Shown piece by piece: positions 33,939 through 47,694 of a stretch of 64,000 bases of DNA. The notes below the pieces were generated by a model, which saw nothing but the letters and a program-made list of their open reading frames with translations, was not told the DNA's origin and searched no databases. A program made the translations under genes and the position numbers. The DNA comes from the human T2T-CHM13v2.0 reference genome, Homo sapiens, in the NCBI RefSeq assembly GCF_009914755.1, contig NC_060947.1, one strand, 5' to 3'. The number at the start of each line of letters is the position of its first letter. Position 1 is the stretch's first letter.

Positions 33939-36900
33939 TCAAGCTTTGTTCTTTTTGCTTAGGATTGCCTTGGCTATGCGGGCTCTTTTTTGGTTCCGTA
34001 GGAAATTGAAGTAGTTTTTTCCAATTCTGTGAAGAAAGTCAGTGTTAGCTTGATGGGGATAGCATTGAATCTATAAACTACTTTGGTCAGTATGGCCGTT
34101 TTCATGATATTGATTCTTCCTATCCATGAGCATAGAATGTTTTCCCATTTGTTTGTTTCCTCTCTTATTTCCTTGAGCAGTTGTTTGTAGTTCTCCTTGA
34201 AAAGGTCCTTCACATCCCTTGTAAGTTGTATTCCTAGGTATTTTATTCTCTTTGTAGCAATTGTGAATGGGAGTTAACTCATGGTTTGGCTCTCTGTTTG
34301 TCAGTTTTTGGTGTATAGGAATGCTTGTGATTTTTGCACACTGATTTTGTATCCTGGGACTTTGCTGAAGTTGCTTATCAGCTTCAGGAGATTTTGGGCT
34401 GAGATGATGGGGTTTTCTAATTACACAATCATGTCATCTGCAAACAGAGACAATTTGACATCCTCTTTTCCTATTTAAATACCCTTTATTTCTTTCTCTT
34501 ACCTGATTGACCTGGCCAGAACTTCCAGTACTATGTTGAATAGGAATGGTGAGAGACTGCATCCTTGTCTTCTGCTGGTTTTCAAAGGGAATGCTTCCAA
34601 TTTTTGCCCATTCAGTAAGAAAGTAAGGGATATTTGAGGGCTTTGGGGTAATAATTATTTTCTTCCTACAGGAGTTGAATTATTAGAACCTTTTCATTAT
34701 CAAATTTTGTCCTTAAACTAAAAGTTAAAATCTGTTATTCTCATTGGGATTGATTTTCTGTTTCTTGCTTTACCTCAACAACCCCTTTGGCGAAGGTCTA
34801 TTGAATAATTCAAGAATTCTTTCTAAAGTATAAAACAAGTCAAGATGGCTAGCCCCAGCTCCTTGGTCCCATTCAGTATGATTGGCTGTGGGTTTGTCAT
34901 AAATAGTTATTATTTTGAGATACATTCCATCAATACCTAGTTTGTTGAGAATGTTTAGTGTGAAGGGCTGTTGAATTTTGTTGAAGGCATTTCCTGCATC
35001 GATTGAGATAATCGTGTGGTTTTTGTCATTGGTTCTGTTTATGTGATGGATTATGTATATTGATTTGCATATGTTGAACCAGCCTTGCATCCCAGGGATG
35101 AAGCTAACTTGATCGTGCTGGATAAGCTTTTTGATGTGCTGCTGGATTTAGTTTGTCAGTATTTTACTGAGGATTTTCGCATCAAAGTTCATCAGGGATA
35201 TTGGCCTGAAATTTTCTTTTTTTTGTTATGTCTCCGCCAGGTTTTGGCATCAGGATGATGCTGGCTTCATAAAATGAGTTAGGGAGGATTCCCTCTTTTT
35301 CTATTTGTTGGAATAGTTGCAGAAGAAATGGTACCAGCTCCTCTTTGTACTTCTGGTAGAATTCGGCTGTGAATCTGTCTGGTCCTGGACTTTTTTTGGT
35401 CATTAGGCTATTAATTACTGCCTCAATTTCAGAACTTGTTATTGCTCTACTCGGAGATCCAATTTCTTCCTGGTTTAAACTTGGGAGGGTGTATGTGTCC
35501 AGGAATTTATCCATTTCTTCTAGGTTTTCTAGTTTATTTGCATAGAGGTGTTCATAGTATTCTCTGATGGTAGTTTGTATTTCTGTGGGATTGGTGGTGA
35601 TATCCTCTTTATCATTTTTTATTGCATCTAGTTGATTCTTTTCTATTTTCTTCTTTGTTAATCTGGCTAGCGGTCTATTTTGTTGATCTTTTCAAAAACC
35701 AAGTCCTGGGTTCACAGCGTTCAAACTTTACTAAGGATCAGACTGCTTCCTCAAGTGGTTCTATGATCTCGGGTATACTGAATGGGAGATACCTCCCAGT
35801 AGGAGCCGACAGACACCTCATATGGGAGAGCTCTGGCTGGCATCTGGTGGGTGCCCCTCTGGGTTGAAGCTTCTAGAGGAAAGAACAGGCAGCAATCTTT
35901 GCTGTTCTGCAGCCTCCTCTAGTGATACCCAGGCAAACAGGGTCTGGAGTGGACCTCCAGTAAACTGCAGCAGACCTGCAGCAGACGGGCCTGACTGTTA
36001 GAAGGAAAACTAACAAACAGAAAGGAATAGCATCAACATAAACAAAAGTACGTCCACTCAGAGACCCCATCCGAAGGTCACCAACATCAAAGACCAAAGG
36101 TAGATAAATCCACAAAGATGGGGATAGACCAGCGCAAAAAGGCTGAAAATTCCAAAAACCAGAATGCCTCTTCTCCTCCAAAGGATCACAACTCCTCGCC
36201 AGCAAGGAAACAAAACTGGACGGAGAATGAGTTTGATGAATTGACAGAAGTAGGCTTCAGAAGGTGAGTAATAATGAACTCCTCCAAGCTAAAGGAGCAT
36301 GTCCTAACCCAATGCAAGGAAGCTAAGAACTTTGAAAAAATGTTAGATGAATTGCTAACTACAATAACCAGGTTAAAGAAGAACATAAATGACCTGATGG
36401 AGCTGAAAAACACAGCACAAGAACTTCATGAAGCATACACAATTATCAATAGCTGAATCGATCAAGCAGAAGAAAAGATATCAGAGACTGAATATCAACT
36501 TAATGAAATGAAGCAAGAAGACAAGGCTAGAGAAAAAAGAATGAAAGGGAATGAATAAAGCCTCTAAAAATATGGGATTATGTGAAAAGACCAAATCTAC
36601 ATTTGATTGGTGTGCCTGAAAGTGACTGGGAGAATGGAACCAAGTTGGAAAACACTCTTCAGGATATTATCCAGGAGAACTTCCCCAACCTAGCAAGACA
36701 GGCCAACATTCAAATTCAGGAAATACAGAGAATACCACAAGATAGTTGTCAAGTATCTACTTTGTCAAGTAGAGCGACCCCAAGACACATAATTATCAGA
36801 TTCCCCAAGGTTGAAATGAAGGAAAAAATGTTAAGGGCTGCCAGAGAGAAAGGTTGGATTACCCACAAAGGTAAGTCCATCAAATTAACAGTGGATCCTT

Positions 36901-38954
36901 CTGCAGAAACTCTACAAGCCAGAAGAGAGTGGGAGCCAATATTCAACATTCTTAAAGAAAATAATTTTCATCCCAGAATTTCATATCCAGCCAAATAAGT
37001 TTCATAAGTAAAGGAGAAATAGAATCCTTTACAGAAAAGCAAATGCTGAGATTTTGTCCCCACCAGGCCTGCCTTAGAAGAGCTCCTGAAGGAAGCACTA
37101 AACATGGAAAAGAAGACCGGTACCAGCCACTGCAAAAACATACCAAATTGTAAAGACCATCGACACTATGAAGAAACTGCATCAACTAATAAGCAAAATA
37201 ACCAGCTAGCATCATAAAGACAGGATCGAATTAACACATAACAATTGTTGCCTCAGAGGGTGCCAGTCCCAAGCTTTGACAACTTCCACATGGTGTTGGG
37301 CCTGCGGGAGCACAGAAGTCAAGAACTGACATTTAGAAACCTCTGCCTAGATTTCAGAGGATGTATGGAAACACTTGGATATCCAGGCAGAAGTTTGCTG
37401 CAGGGGAAGAGCTCTCATGGAGAACCTCTGCTAAGGCAGTGTGGAAGGAAAAAATGTAGGGTAGGATTCCTCACACAGAGTCCCCAATGGGGCACTGCCT
37501 AGTGGAGCTGGGAGAGGAGGGCCACTGTCCTCCAAACCCCAGAATGATAGATCCACTGACAGCTTGCACAGTGTGCCTGGAAAAGCTGCAGGCACTCAGC
37601 ACCAGCCTGTGAAAACAGCTGGGGACCGGGGGTGCCCCACCTTGCAAAGCCACTGGGGCAGAGCTGCCCAAGTCCCTGTAAGCCAACCTCTTTCATTAGC
37701 ATGACCTGGATGTGATACATGGAGTCGAAGAAGATCAGTTCAGCGTTTTAATATTTAGTGAGTGCCTCACTTGATTTTGGATTTGCATAGGGCCTGTAGC
37801 CCCTTTGTTTTGGCCAATTTCTCCCATTTAGAACAGGAGCATTTACCCAATGCCTGCAATCTTATCATATGTAGGAAGTAACTAATTTGCTTTTGGTTTT
37901 GCAGCCTCATAGGCAGAGGGGACTAGTGTTGTCTCAGATGAGACTTCGGACTGTGGACTTCTGAGTTAATGCTGAAATGAGTTAAGACTTTGGGGTACTG
38001 TTGGGAAGATATGATTGATTTTGAAATATAAAAAGTACATGACATTTGGGAGGGGCCAGAGGCAGAATGATATGGTTTGGCTCTGTGTCTCCATCCAAAT
38101 CTCATCTCAAGTTGTAGTCCCCATAATCCCCACATGTCGAGGGAGGGACCAGCTGGGAGATGATTGGATCATGGAGGCAGTGTTCCCTAGGCTGTTCTCA
38201 TCATAGTGAGTGAGTTCTCATGAGATCTGATGGTTTTATAAGTGTTTGATATTTCCTCCTACACACACTCTTCTCTTGCCTGCTGCCATGTAAGACGTGC
38301 CTGCTTTCTCTTCCACCATAATTGTAGGTTTCCTGAGGCCTCCACAGTCATGCAGAACTGTGAGTCAATTAAACCTCTTTCCTTTATAAATTACAGGCTT
38401 GGGCAGTATCTTTATAGCTGTGTGAGAATATACTAATACAGCAAATAAAGCAAAAATACACAAAATATCAATCTAAAAATCTTCTACACAGCGAAGGAAA
38501 CAACAGAGTGAAGAGACAACCTATATTGAAAGAAAATATTTATAAGCCATACATCTGATAAGGGGCTCATAGCCAAAATATATAAGCAACTCAAAAAACT
38601 CAATAGCAAGAAAACAAACAACATGATTAAAAATGGGCAAAGGACTTGAATAGACATTTCTTAAAAGAAGACATATAAATGGCAAGTAAATACATGGAAA
38701 AATGCTCAACACTGCTAATTATTAGGGAAATGCAAATTAAAACCACAATGAGATATCACCTCACACCAGTCAGAATGGCTACTATAAAAAAGGTGAAAGA
38801 TAAATGTTGGCAAGGGTGTACAGAAAAGAGAACTCTTGTATATCATTGGTGGGAATGCATGTAAGCACAGCCATTATGGAAACTTATATGAAAGTTTCTG
38901 AAAAAACTAAAACTAGAACTTCCATATGATCCAGCAATTCCATTCCTGGGTATA

Positions 38955-39388
38955 CAGTTAACCGTTGAACAACATGGGAGTTAGGGATGCTGACTCTCAC
39001 GGCAGTTGAAAGCTCATGTATAACTTTTGACTCCCCACAAACTTTGCTACTAATAGCTTTCTGTTTACTGGAAGCCTTACTGATAACATAGTTGTTAAAC
39101 ACATATTTTTTATGTTATATGTGTTATTTAGTATATTCTTAAAGTAGGCTAGAGAAAATAAAATGTTATTAAAATCATAAGAAAGATAAAATATATTTAC
39201 TATTCATTAAGTGGAAGTGGTTCATCATAAAGCTTCTCATCCTGGTCATCTTTACATTAAGTAGGCCGAGGAGAAGGAGGAAGAGGAGGGGGTTGGTCTT
39301 GCTCTCCCAGTGGTTGCAGAGTTGGAGGAACATCTCTATATAAGTGAACCTGCACAGTTCAAACTCATGTCGTTCCAGTGTCAACAGT
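38955..39388. mobile_element. Tigger2a inside L1MA
   Basis: TA-flanked; TIRs cagttaaccgttgaacaacatg ... catgtcgttccagtgtcaacag; ~430 bp. Confidence 0.85.
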
Positions 39389-39962
39389 ATTTACAAAGGA
39401 CATGAAATCAGTATGTCAAAGAGATATCTGCACTTGCATGTTCATTGCAGCATTATTCATAATAACCAATATATGGAATCAACCCAAGTATTATCAACCT
39501 AAGTATTTACCTGTGGAAGAATGGATAAAGAAAATGTGATACACACACAGTGGAATATTATTCAGCCTTAAAAAGCAAATGAAATCCTATCCTTTGTGAC
39601 AACATAAATAAACCTAGAGGACATTATGCTAAGTGAAATAAGCTATGCACTGAATGACAAATAAGGCATAATTTCACTTATACATGGAATCTAAAACAGT
39701 TGATCTCATAGAGCCAGAGAGTAGAATGGCTGGGGGTGGGGAATGGGAAATGGGGAGATGTTGGTCAAAGGGTATAAAGTTTCAGTTAGATAGGAGGAAT
39801 AAGTTTTTTGAGATCTATTACACAACATGAAGGCTATCGTTAATAATCATGTCTATTTCAAAATTGCTAAGACAGTAAATTTCAAATGTTCTTACCACAA
39901 AAAGTGATAAGTATTTGAGGTTATGGCTATGTTAATTACCTTGCTTTAATCATTCTACATTG

Positions 39963-39993
<31 letters not shown>

Positions 39994-40209
39994 ATATAAT
40001 CAGATTGTACCCCATAAATATATACAATTATAATTTGTCAGTTTATAATAAAATAAATAATTAAAAAATAAATAAAATTTAAGTTTTAGTAGCCATATAT
40101 GGCAATTGGCTATCATATTACGCAGTGCAGATCAAAATAGTAGGGACCAGGAACTTAGAAAACAGCAACAGTGTGAGAAATATAACTATGGGTACTAGGG
40201 TACCAGTGT

Positions 40210-41000
40210 TTTACTAGAGATGCATCATCTCACTTTATCTTCACAATCCTATTATTAACAGATTTTTAAAAAAACCCTCAGGCATAGAGAATTTTAGAAA
40301 GTTGTCCAAGACAGAAGGCATTAGAGTGTGGATTCAAATTCAGACAATATAGCTCCAGAAAGTACCCCCCTGAGTTTAAGCATGTGGGAAATCATGTGAT
40401 AAACTGGAAATGGCATAAGTTTTGGTATAGAGAAAACTAATTTTGGATCTTCATCCTGCCACTTATTGGACTCTGTGTGACATTAGGCAAGTCACCTATC
40501 CTCTCTGATTCTTTATTATAAAACCTATAATATGGGACTCACAATACTTCTCACCATCAATGGGATATACACTTTAATATATCATATGTTATTTCCCCCT
40601 CTTCCATCTTCCCTATCAAATAAGTTTGCCTTTGGGGCAAAACTACCTATAGTAGGGGATGTTTTCACTGGCCATGAAACAGATTAAAATTAACTGAGAT
40701 TAAAACAGATCAAAATTAAGCAAACACATTATTCCTTGTGGGCCAGGGCTTATTATCACAGAATTCTAGATAGCTGAGCTAATTGAAGGGCAAAGAAGTC
40801 TCTGGAACTACCACACTGAATGTAAGGATAAAGGCAAGGAGCAGTTTGGTCTGCTGCAGATTAATTGGCTAATGCCTATGGTTTGTAATCAGATTGTGGT
40901 TCAAGTTCTAGTTCTAATAATTACTACTTGTGTGACCTTGGGAAAGTCACCTACCCTCTTTCTCTCTGTTTTCTCATATATAAAATGGGGGTAATAAGGA
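40210..41000. mobile_element. Cluster of degenerate MIRs (about 40210-40350 minus; 40420-40550 and 40880-41000 plus)
   Basis: Cores such as 'tgtgtgaccttgggaaagtcac' and 'tgtgtgacattaggcaagtcac'. Confidence 0.55.
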
Positions 41001-42929
41001 AGTTCCAGAGACTTTCTTGCCTTTCAGTTATCTCAGCTGTCTAGAATTATGTACTAATTACATGTTGTCTTGTAACCTTTGAGGAAAGATAATATGTAAA
41101 GTCTATTTCCCTGAAATTCAGAGCTGGAGTTGCTTTTGTGTTCTTGATTTCTTCAATTTTCTTATCTCTGAAAAAAATGTTGGCACTTCTGCCTATGTGG
41201 TTTATGAATCCTGCCATAGTTCGATTAGAGTAATGTATTTTTGTAACACATTTGAACCACATGCTTGTGACATACTCCATTGCATGACTCTTTCGTTAAG
41301 ATCTACTGGAAATGTCAGAGTCTCTTTAAAGGCAGTTGTTAAACATTAACATAAGAATGTTTGTTAAACTCTTCCAGAAAAGGATACTATGTAAATCATA
41401 ACATCATTTAAATTGGTCAACCACTATTAATTCAGGCTAATTGTGGAAGAGTCCAAGCTGAACTGCTGATAAATCTAAAGAGTACAGTATATATAAAGGA
41501 GTGCTAGCTAGCTGGTGATGAGTAAGACTCATGGTGGGCCTACTTTAATGAAAGATATCATTCATTTGTAATTGTAATCACTATAATAATGGAGTGGAAT
41601 TAAAGTAATTGAAAGCACAGTTTGGTCTATTAAGTAGTTTGAATATTCCTCTAGCATTTCTGTTTATTCCATTAATTTTCTTAGCAATATCCTTTCATAG
41701 ATATATCCTTTCATAGATATTGCAAGGTCAACTTAAGCCCAGCCTGGGTCCAAATGATCACAAAACTTGAGTTTATTAGGTCCACATTAATGAGGACTTA
41801 TTATAATGATAAATCTATAAAGATCAAAACCTGGGGCAGGCTATCGGTTATGCTATCTCTTATTTAATTGCTTTGGTTTTTTTCTATTATAAATTTCACC
41901 TTTCATACCACTCTACACATGATGTTGGGATTAGAACAGTCTCCTGAGAACACCATAACTAAATGTGTATGCTTAAATAGAGACCCACTTATTGGTGCCA
42001 GTTAATCCTTAATGAATGTAACATCAATAAAGTAGGTAATAAAAAAAGTTAAATTTTATTGCTAATCTTAAATCCTACTTTAAGGAGAAGAAAAACCTTA
42101 ATGCTATGGCTAGAGTTGAGTAGCACTAGATTAGCATTGGTGTACATTAATAATGAAAATAGCTGAGCCCCATTAGTGTCACTTAAAGTTTTGTGAATTA
42201 GAGATATGGCCCTACAAATTAAACACCTTGAATACTGAATGGGGGAATAATTATTATTTAAAAAGTTAAAACCTTCACATCTCTTCTAAAGGAAAATTTT
42301 TCATTGGTATAGAATTACATACCATTCACTCTACAGTATGAAAAGGATGGAACTTTGCAGACCATAAAAAGTATAATAAAGGAGCCACTAAAATTGATTT
42401 TTATTTAAGCAGATTACTAGTGTTTTCTTCCTTAACTGGAAGGAGTGCCCTGTACTCCTCCAACCTATTTTCAGCCATGATACTATTTCTACATGCATAA
42501 TTAGACACTGACCCCTTTGAGGAAGTTTAAATGTCCCTTATTATCCCCAACCTCAACTCCAAAACCTTTTTCAGCCAAGCAAGAGAATAGGAAATATATA
42601 GAAATGAATGTGCAAAACTTTCCAACATGTGTGCATATAGAACAAATTGTGAGGTCAGTGAAGTGAGTCCCTATTTTCCTTCTTACTCTGTATGCTTCTT
42701 TGTCTCCAACCATGCCCAACCCAGTAGTTTCCTCTGTAGCCCAGGGTCTTCTACGTCAATGCCCTAAAAAAGCCTGCACTCCCCTTCCCCACCTCATTTT
42801 CCATCCCCTACTCCGCCTCCACAAAACTTACTTGTTCTGAGTCAATTTTATCAGATCCCTGCTGTCTTTCAAGAGTGTTATTAGTAGTAGTAATGGCAGT
42901 AGGAGGAATCATACTATAACAAGGAAAAC

Positions 42930-43140
42930 TAATAGCCAGTGTGAGTATAATGACTGTTATATTATGCTCCAGGCACTCTGCAAGCATTTTACATCCAGTA
43001 CTTCATTTAATCCTCACTTTTACAGATGATAAAGTTGAGGCTTAGAAAGAGTAAGTGTCTTGTCTAGGGTCCCACAGTGAATAAGAGGACTCACTCTTGT
43101 TTGTTTGTTGTAGCTCTTAACTGCTACAACTCTATACTGC
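42930..43140 (-). mobile_element. MIR SINE
   Basis: 'ttttacagatgataaagttgaggcttagaaagagtaagtgtcttgtc'. Confidence 0.65.
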
Positions 43141-43455
43141 CTACATAGTTTTAGGAAAAGCAGTAAGAGTTAATATCCCAGAAAGCATTTTGAAAAAAGT
43201 TAAAATGGTTGTTCCCTCCTAAACCATTTGTAGTTCATTATCGGACTTTGCTGTATTGTCTTATTTTTAAAGTAGGGGGATGGGAGAGAGTAAGGAAGAG
43301 GGAGGAAAAGAAAGGAAGGAGGATAAAGAGGAAGAACTGACTTTCAGGCCAGAATGGATACTTTGCCTTAGTCAAACATCCGAGTACATAATATCTAGGC
43401 TTCTTATTCTCCTTGACAAGATGCAGGCCAGTAATGCCATGAAACTGGCATAAAT

Positions 43456-43695
43456 ACAGTTGTCCCTCAGTATCTCCAAGGATTGGTTCCAGGACCCCCA
43501 CATATTCCCAAATTCTTGCATATTCAAGTCCCACAGTCACTGCTCTGTAGAACCCACATATATGAAAAGTTGGCCCTCTGTATACACAGGTTTTGCTTCC
43601 TGCAAATACTGTATTTTCTATGTTTAACTGGGGGAAAAAAGTATGTATAAGTAGAACTGTACAGTTCAAACCCATGTTTTTCAAGGATCAAATAT
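43456..43695. mobile_element. MER8 (TcMar-Tigger)
   Basis: 'cagttgtccctcagtat...ggattggttccaggaccccc' and 'cagttcaaacccatgtttttcaagg'; ~240 bp. Confidence 0.8.
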
Positions 43696-44707
43696 ATTCC
43701 CCATCTCCCTTTCCCATCCACTCACAAATTCCTGGTCCAATCACTTGTGGCTGAGGTAGCAGGATTGGTTTCACACAATATAAATAATAGCACATTGTGT
43801 GAGAAAAAAACTGTGGGACACTTTCCTTAAAAGTTCTATACATACAGACATAGCAGGCCTCTGAGGTTACCTCAACTTCTCTTAGAGCCTATCAAGTACA
43901 AATATGTATGATTCTCTTAGGGCTTAATTAGTGGGTGGACAATATAAAAGTTGAGGACATCCTCCAAATGACAGAAAGGGTGGCCTTATCTCAGGAATGA
44001 GAGTTCTTCTAGCCCTAAGACTAATGCCATGAAATATTTGCTACTACACCTTTGCTTCTTTCTCATTTCCAAATCCAGTACTCTCTCCCAGGTACACTCT
44101 GGGGTCTTATTGGTTTCATCTAAAGTTCCTAATCAGCCATTAATGATTCTGGCTCCCTGAATGTAAAATTTCTTTTGTTTTCTTTAATATGAACTGTGAG
44201 GACTCAGGATCCAGCTGGCCCTAGATACTTAGGGAAACTATTGAGCTCTGCTTTGGTGGCAATTGCCTTGGCTAGTTGAAAGCTCTGTTTAGTTCCCCAT
44301 CTGTGTTTGTATGTGACTTATATAAATTAGTTACTTTTGAAATTGCAGGTGGTTTTAAAACAAAAACTCGTATTCTAAGTAAAAGGATAAGTGAGGGCTA
44401 TACCTTCTGAAACTAACCTGAAGTAAGTAATCTTGTATCAGTTTCCTGATCATACTCTAGCTTTCTTCTCCAACTGGAGTGACCCTTTACAAGACATGGT
44501 CTGAAGCTTTTTGCAAAGACAGCCTCTTCTCAAATGTATACCTGGCAGTAATTTTCCCATGAATGGTCTTGATGCTAACAATGTCTGATTCATCTGCCTT
44601 TTTATTCTCTTCTGTTACTAACTCACTAGAAATAATCTCTGACAAAGTCCACATGTATGAGAATTAGCCTTAGAACAAGAGAAGCCAAGACATTGGCTAT
44701 TAGATGT

Positions 44708-44820
44708 TAGGGTGATCAACCATCCTGGTTTTCCCAGGATTGTTCCAAGATTAACACTGAAAATCTTGTGTCCTGAGAAAAACCCTAGCCCAAAGCAAAC
44801 CAGGATGGTTAGTCACCCTA
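44708..44820. mobile_element. MER81 (hAT-Blackjack) MITE
   Basis: TIRs tagggtgatcaaccatcctggttt / aaaccaggatggttagtcacccta; ~113 bp. Confidence 0.85.
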
Positions 44821-44929
44821 CCAGATGTACATGTAGGCTATATGGTGTATTAGAAAGAACACTGGTCTTCAAAAGTCTGAGCCCAAGTCTTACTACTGTC
44901 ACTTATTATGTTAACCATATAGTCTTCTA

Positions 44930-45122
44930 TTTTTTCATAATACTTATCAGAATTTTAATTTTGTATTTTGATATTTATTTGTTTAGTGTTTGTCTTTCTC
45001 ATTAGAAGGTGAGCCCCATGAGTGCTAGAGTCATATCTTGTTTGTTCCCCATTACAACTCCAACACTTACAATGCCTCACAAGAAGTAGGCACTCAACAC
45101 TTATCCATTGAATTAATAAATT
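44930..45122 (+). mobile_element. L2 3' end (within a split MIR)
   Basis: 'cattagaaggtgagccccatgag...gtaggcactcaacacttatccattgaattaataa'. Confidence 0.65.
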
Positions 45123-45437
45123 AGTAAGTCACGACTGCTCTAGTTTTCCATTTTCTCATCCATAATGGAGACATTACTTACTTCCAGTAGTTGTGAGGAA
45201 TTGAGACAATGTGTATGTAAAAGAGACAATGTGTGTTTTGTAAACCATACACAAAACATTATTAATGATGGTACTTATGATGTGTGCTTGATAATAATAT
45301 CTGTCTTTTATTGAGGAACCTATTCAGTGGTAGGCCTTTTCAATGTTTTTTTTATTTCATTGTTATCGTCCTTCATATAGGTAGGTTGGTATTTTATCCC
45401 CATTTTAGAAATTAGAAGATTGAGTTTACAAAGAATT

Positions 45438-46016
45438 ACGGCCAACTACAAGGCTAGAGGGCACAGTCTCCAAGACTGCACTCACTTCTGACACCAACTG
45501 CAACTTTGGATGATTCCCAAAACCACTCTTATGTAGGATAAATCACTAGAAAGACTCATAGAACTTACTGAAAGCTATCATACTCATAGTTATGGTTTAT
45601 TGCAGGGAAATGATACAAATTAAAATCAACCAAGGGAAGAAGCACATATACCAGAATCCAGAAGTACTAAATATAGAGCTTCCATTTTCCTCTCTCTGTG
45701 GAGTCAGGACATGTTACTCTCCTGGCATCCTTATGTGACAGTGCTCATGGTGTATTACCAACCAGGGAAACTTACATGAGCCTTGTTGTTCAGAGTTTTT
45801 ATTGAGACTCGATTACCTAGGCATGACTGATCATTTGCCCACATAGTTGATCTCAGTTTCTGGGTAGACTGATACCATCCAATCCAAAGCTCCTACTCCA
45901 AATCACATTGTTAGTATCTGTCTATCATAAGGCCCCTAAGCAAATAAAAATTACCTCCTGGGAGCTGAGGGCAAAGGCCAGACCTCTTTTGGAGCAATTT
46001 TAAATTCTTTCTTACA
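45438..46016 (-). mobile_element. MER21C-like LTR inserted in a MIR
   Basis: 'cacttctgacaccaactgcaa', 'gagggcaaaggccagacctct'; MIR halves at about 45290-45437 and 46017-46065. Confidence 0.7.
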
Positions 46017-46431
46017 GAAAGGTGCAGAGAGGTCAATCAACTTGCCAAAAGTTGCACAGCTGGCACATGTACACCCTAGTCAGCCTCCCTCTAGTGCCCA
46101 TGCTATTATTTTCCATTGTGTGCCCTGTGTGCCTGAAAAACAATGCAGTTTTAATGTGCTATAAAATAATGTATAACCCTATACATAGAATAAAGAAAGG
46201 CCTAACTGGAAGTAAAAAAAAATAATAGGCAGAAATTGTACTACTTTCTCATCTACCTTTTTCCTCTCATAGCTCTCAAATTTGAACCTTCCTTTATTCC
46301 TTGAACCATAACATAGGCCCATACTTGGAAAAGTGCAAAGTGGACAAAAGTGGGTAGAAAGTTTGTCTAGGGTATGCTTCCACTCTACCAACCTCCCCTC
46401 TTGTGCACTAGGGCTTATAAATACCCTCATA

Positions 46432-46478
46432 TGTGCACACATGCATGCACACACAGAAACACACACACACACACACAC
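46432..46478. repeat. (CA)n microsatellite
   Basis: Read directly. Confidence 0.9.
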
Positions 46479-47019
46479 CTCAACTCACAAAGGGGCCTAT
46501 TTTTTATGGTCTGTCTAAAAAATTCAATTTTATGTGTTAAATAAAAATTGGAAATCCTTCCTACGGCCATTTGCTTTTAAATATGAGCTTCTTAAACATA
46601 GAATAACTATGATGACAAAGAAATTAACATCATTTGATGAGATTTATAATAGGGATTTGTGGTTATAGAGTCTCCCTGTGTCTCCAATCACAGTATAGCC
46701 AGCCATCCCATACATTTGTGTGCTAGAAGCTGGAGAAGGGTGTGGAAAAATGACAAGTAATAACAGGAGAGGGAAACAAGAAAGGAAGGAGGGATACTCT
46801 GAAGCTCTGAAGTAATCTGTACCTATTCAGAAGTGGAGAACAGAATTCAAGGGGCCACATTACATGGAACATCATCCAAAGTTTAGATAAACCAGAGTAA
46901 GCCTAGCGAAGACTGAAAAAGAAGGCAAAGGGTTTGGTACAGCCATTTTATTTGTTATCTTTTAGATGGAGGAGAAGGAGTGCAAAATTATAGCTAACCT
47001 ACTACAGTGGCTAGCAGTA

Positions 47020-47540
47020 GAAACAGCACAGACCTTAGAGCGAGGCACACCAGAGTTTAAATTCCAACTCCACCGTTAACTATGTGGCCATAGGAAAATT
47101 ATTTTGCTTCTCCAACCCTCAGTCTCCTCACTTGTATAATTGATGCTAATACTAAAACACATCTCCTAGGACCCTTAAAAGAGATTAAATAAGGTAATGT
47201 ATGCACAGTATCTCTGAGGTCAGTTACCAGGTCTTTGAGGTCAGTATTGCCTGGAATCCTTACTTGGCAATGGGTAGAGGTGCAAGTCTGATGACTAGAG
47301 CATGTGCTGAGCCACCTCCTCAGATGTGGCAAAATGTGAGTAAAGCTTTGTTATCCTACTTGGTACAATGGAAATATCTTGCATTATGGGGTCAATACAT
47401 TCAGGTTTCAATCCAGGCTATGCTACTTTCAAGCTATGTGACCTACAGGAAAATGTTTAGCCTCTCTGTGACTCAGTTTCCTTATCTGTAAAATGGGTAA
47501 TAGCACACATAGCTTGCAAGTTCTGTAAAGGACCTATCCC
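47020..47540 (+). mobile_element. Two MIR SINEs (about 47020-47210 and 47390-47540)
   Basis: 'ctcagtctcctcacttgtataat' and 'ctcagtttccttatctgtaaaatggg'. Confidence 0.7.
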
Positions 47541-47694
47541 AATATATTGCTTTCTTATGCTCCACAGTGTTTCCAGAGACCAAAGAAAGAGCATCTTCAT
47601 AAACAGATAGATCCAATAAAATATTTTCATGTAAACTACATATCATACATATGCATATATATACAAGATGTATATGTATAAAAATATATACATA

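Noticed and set aside
44708-44820. Hairpin resembling a pre-miRNA
   Set aside because: Explained by MER81 terminal inverted repeats
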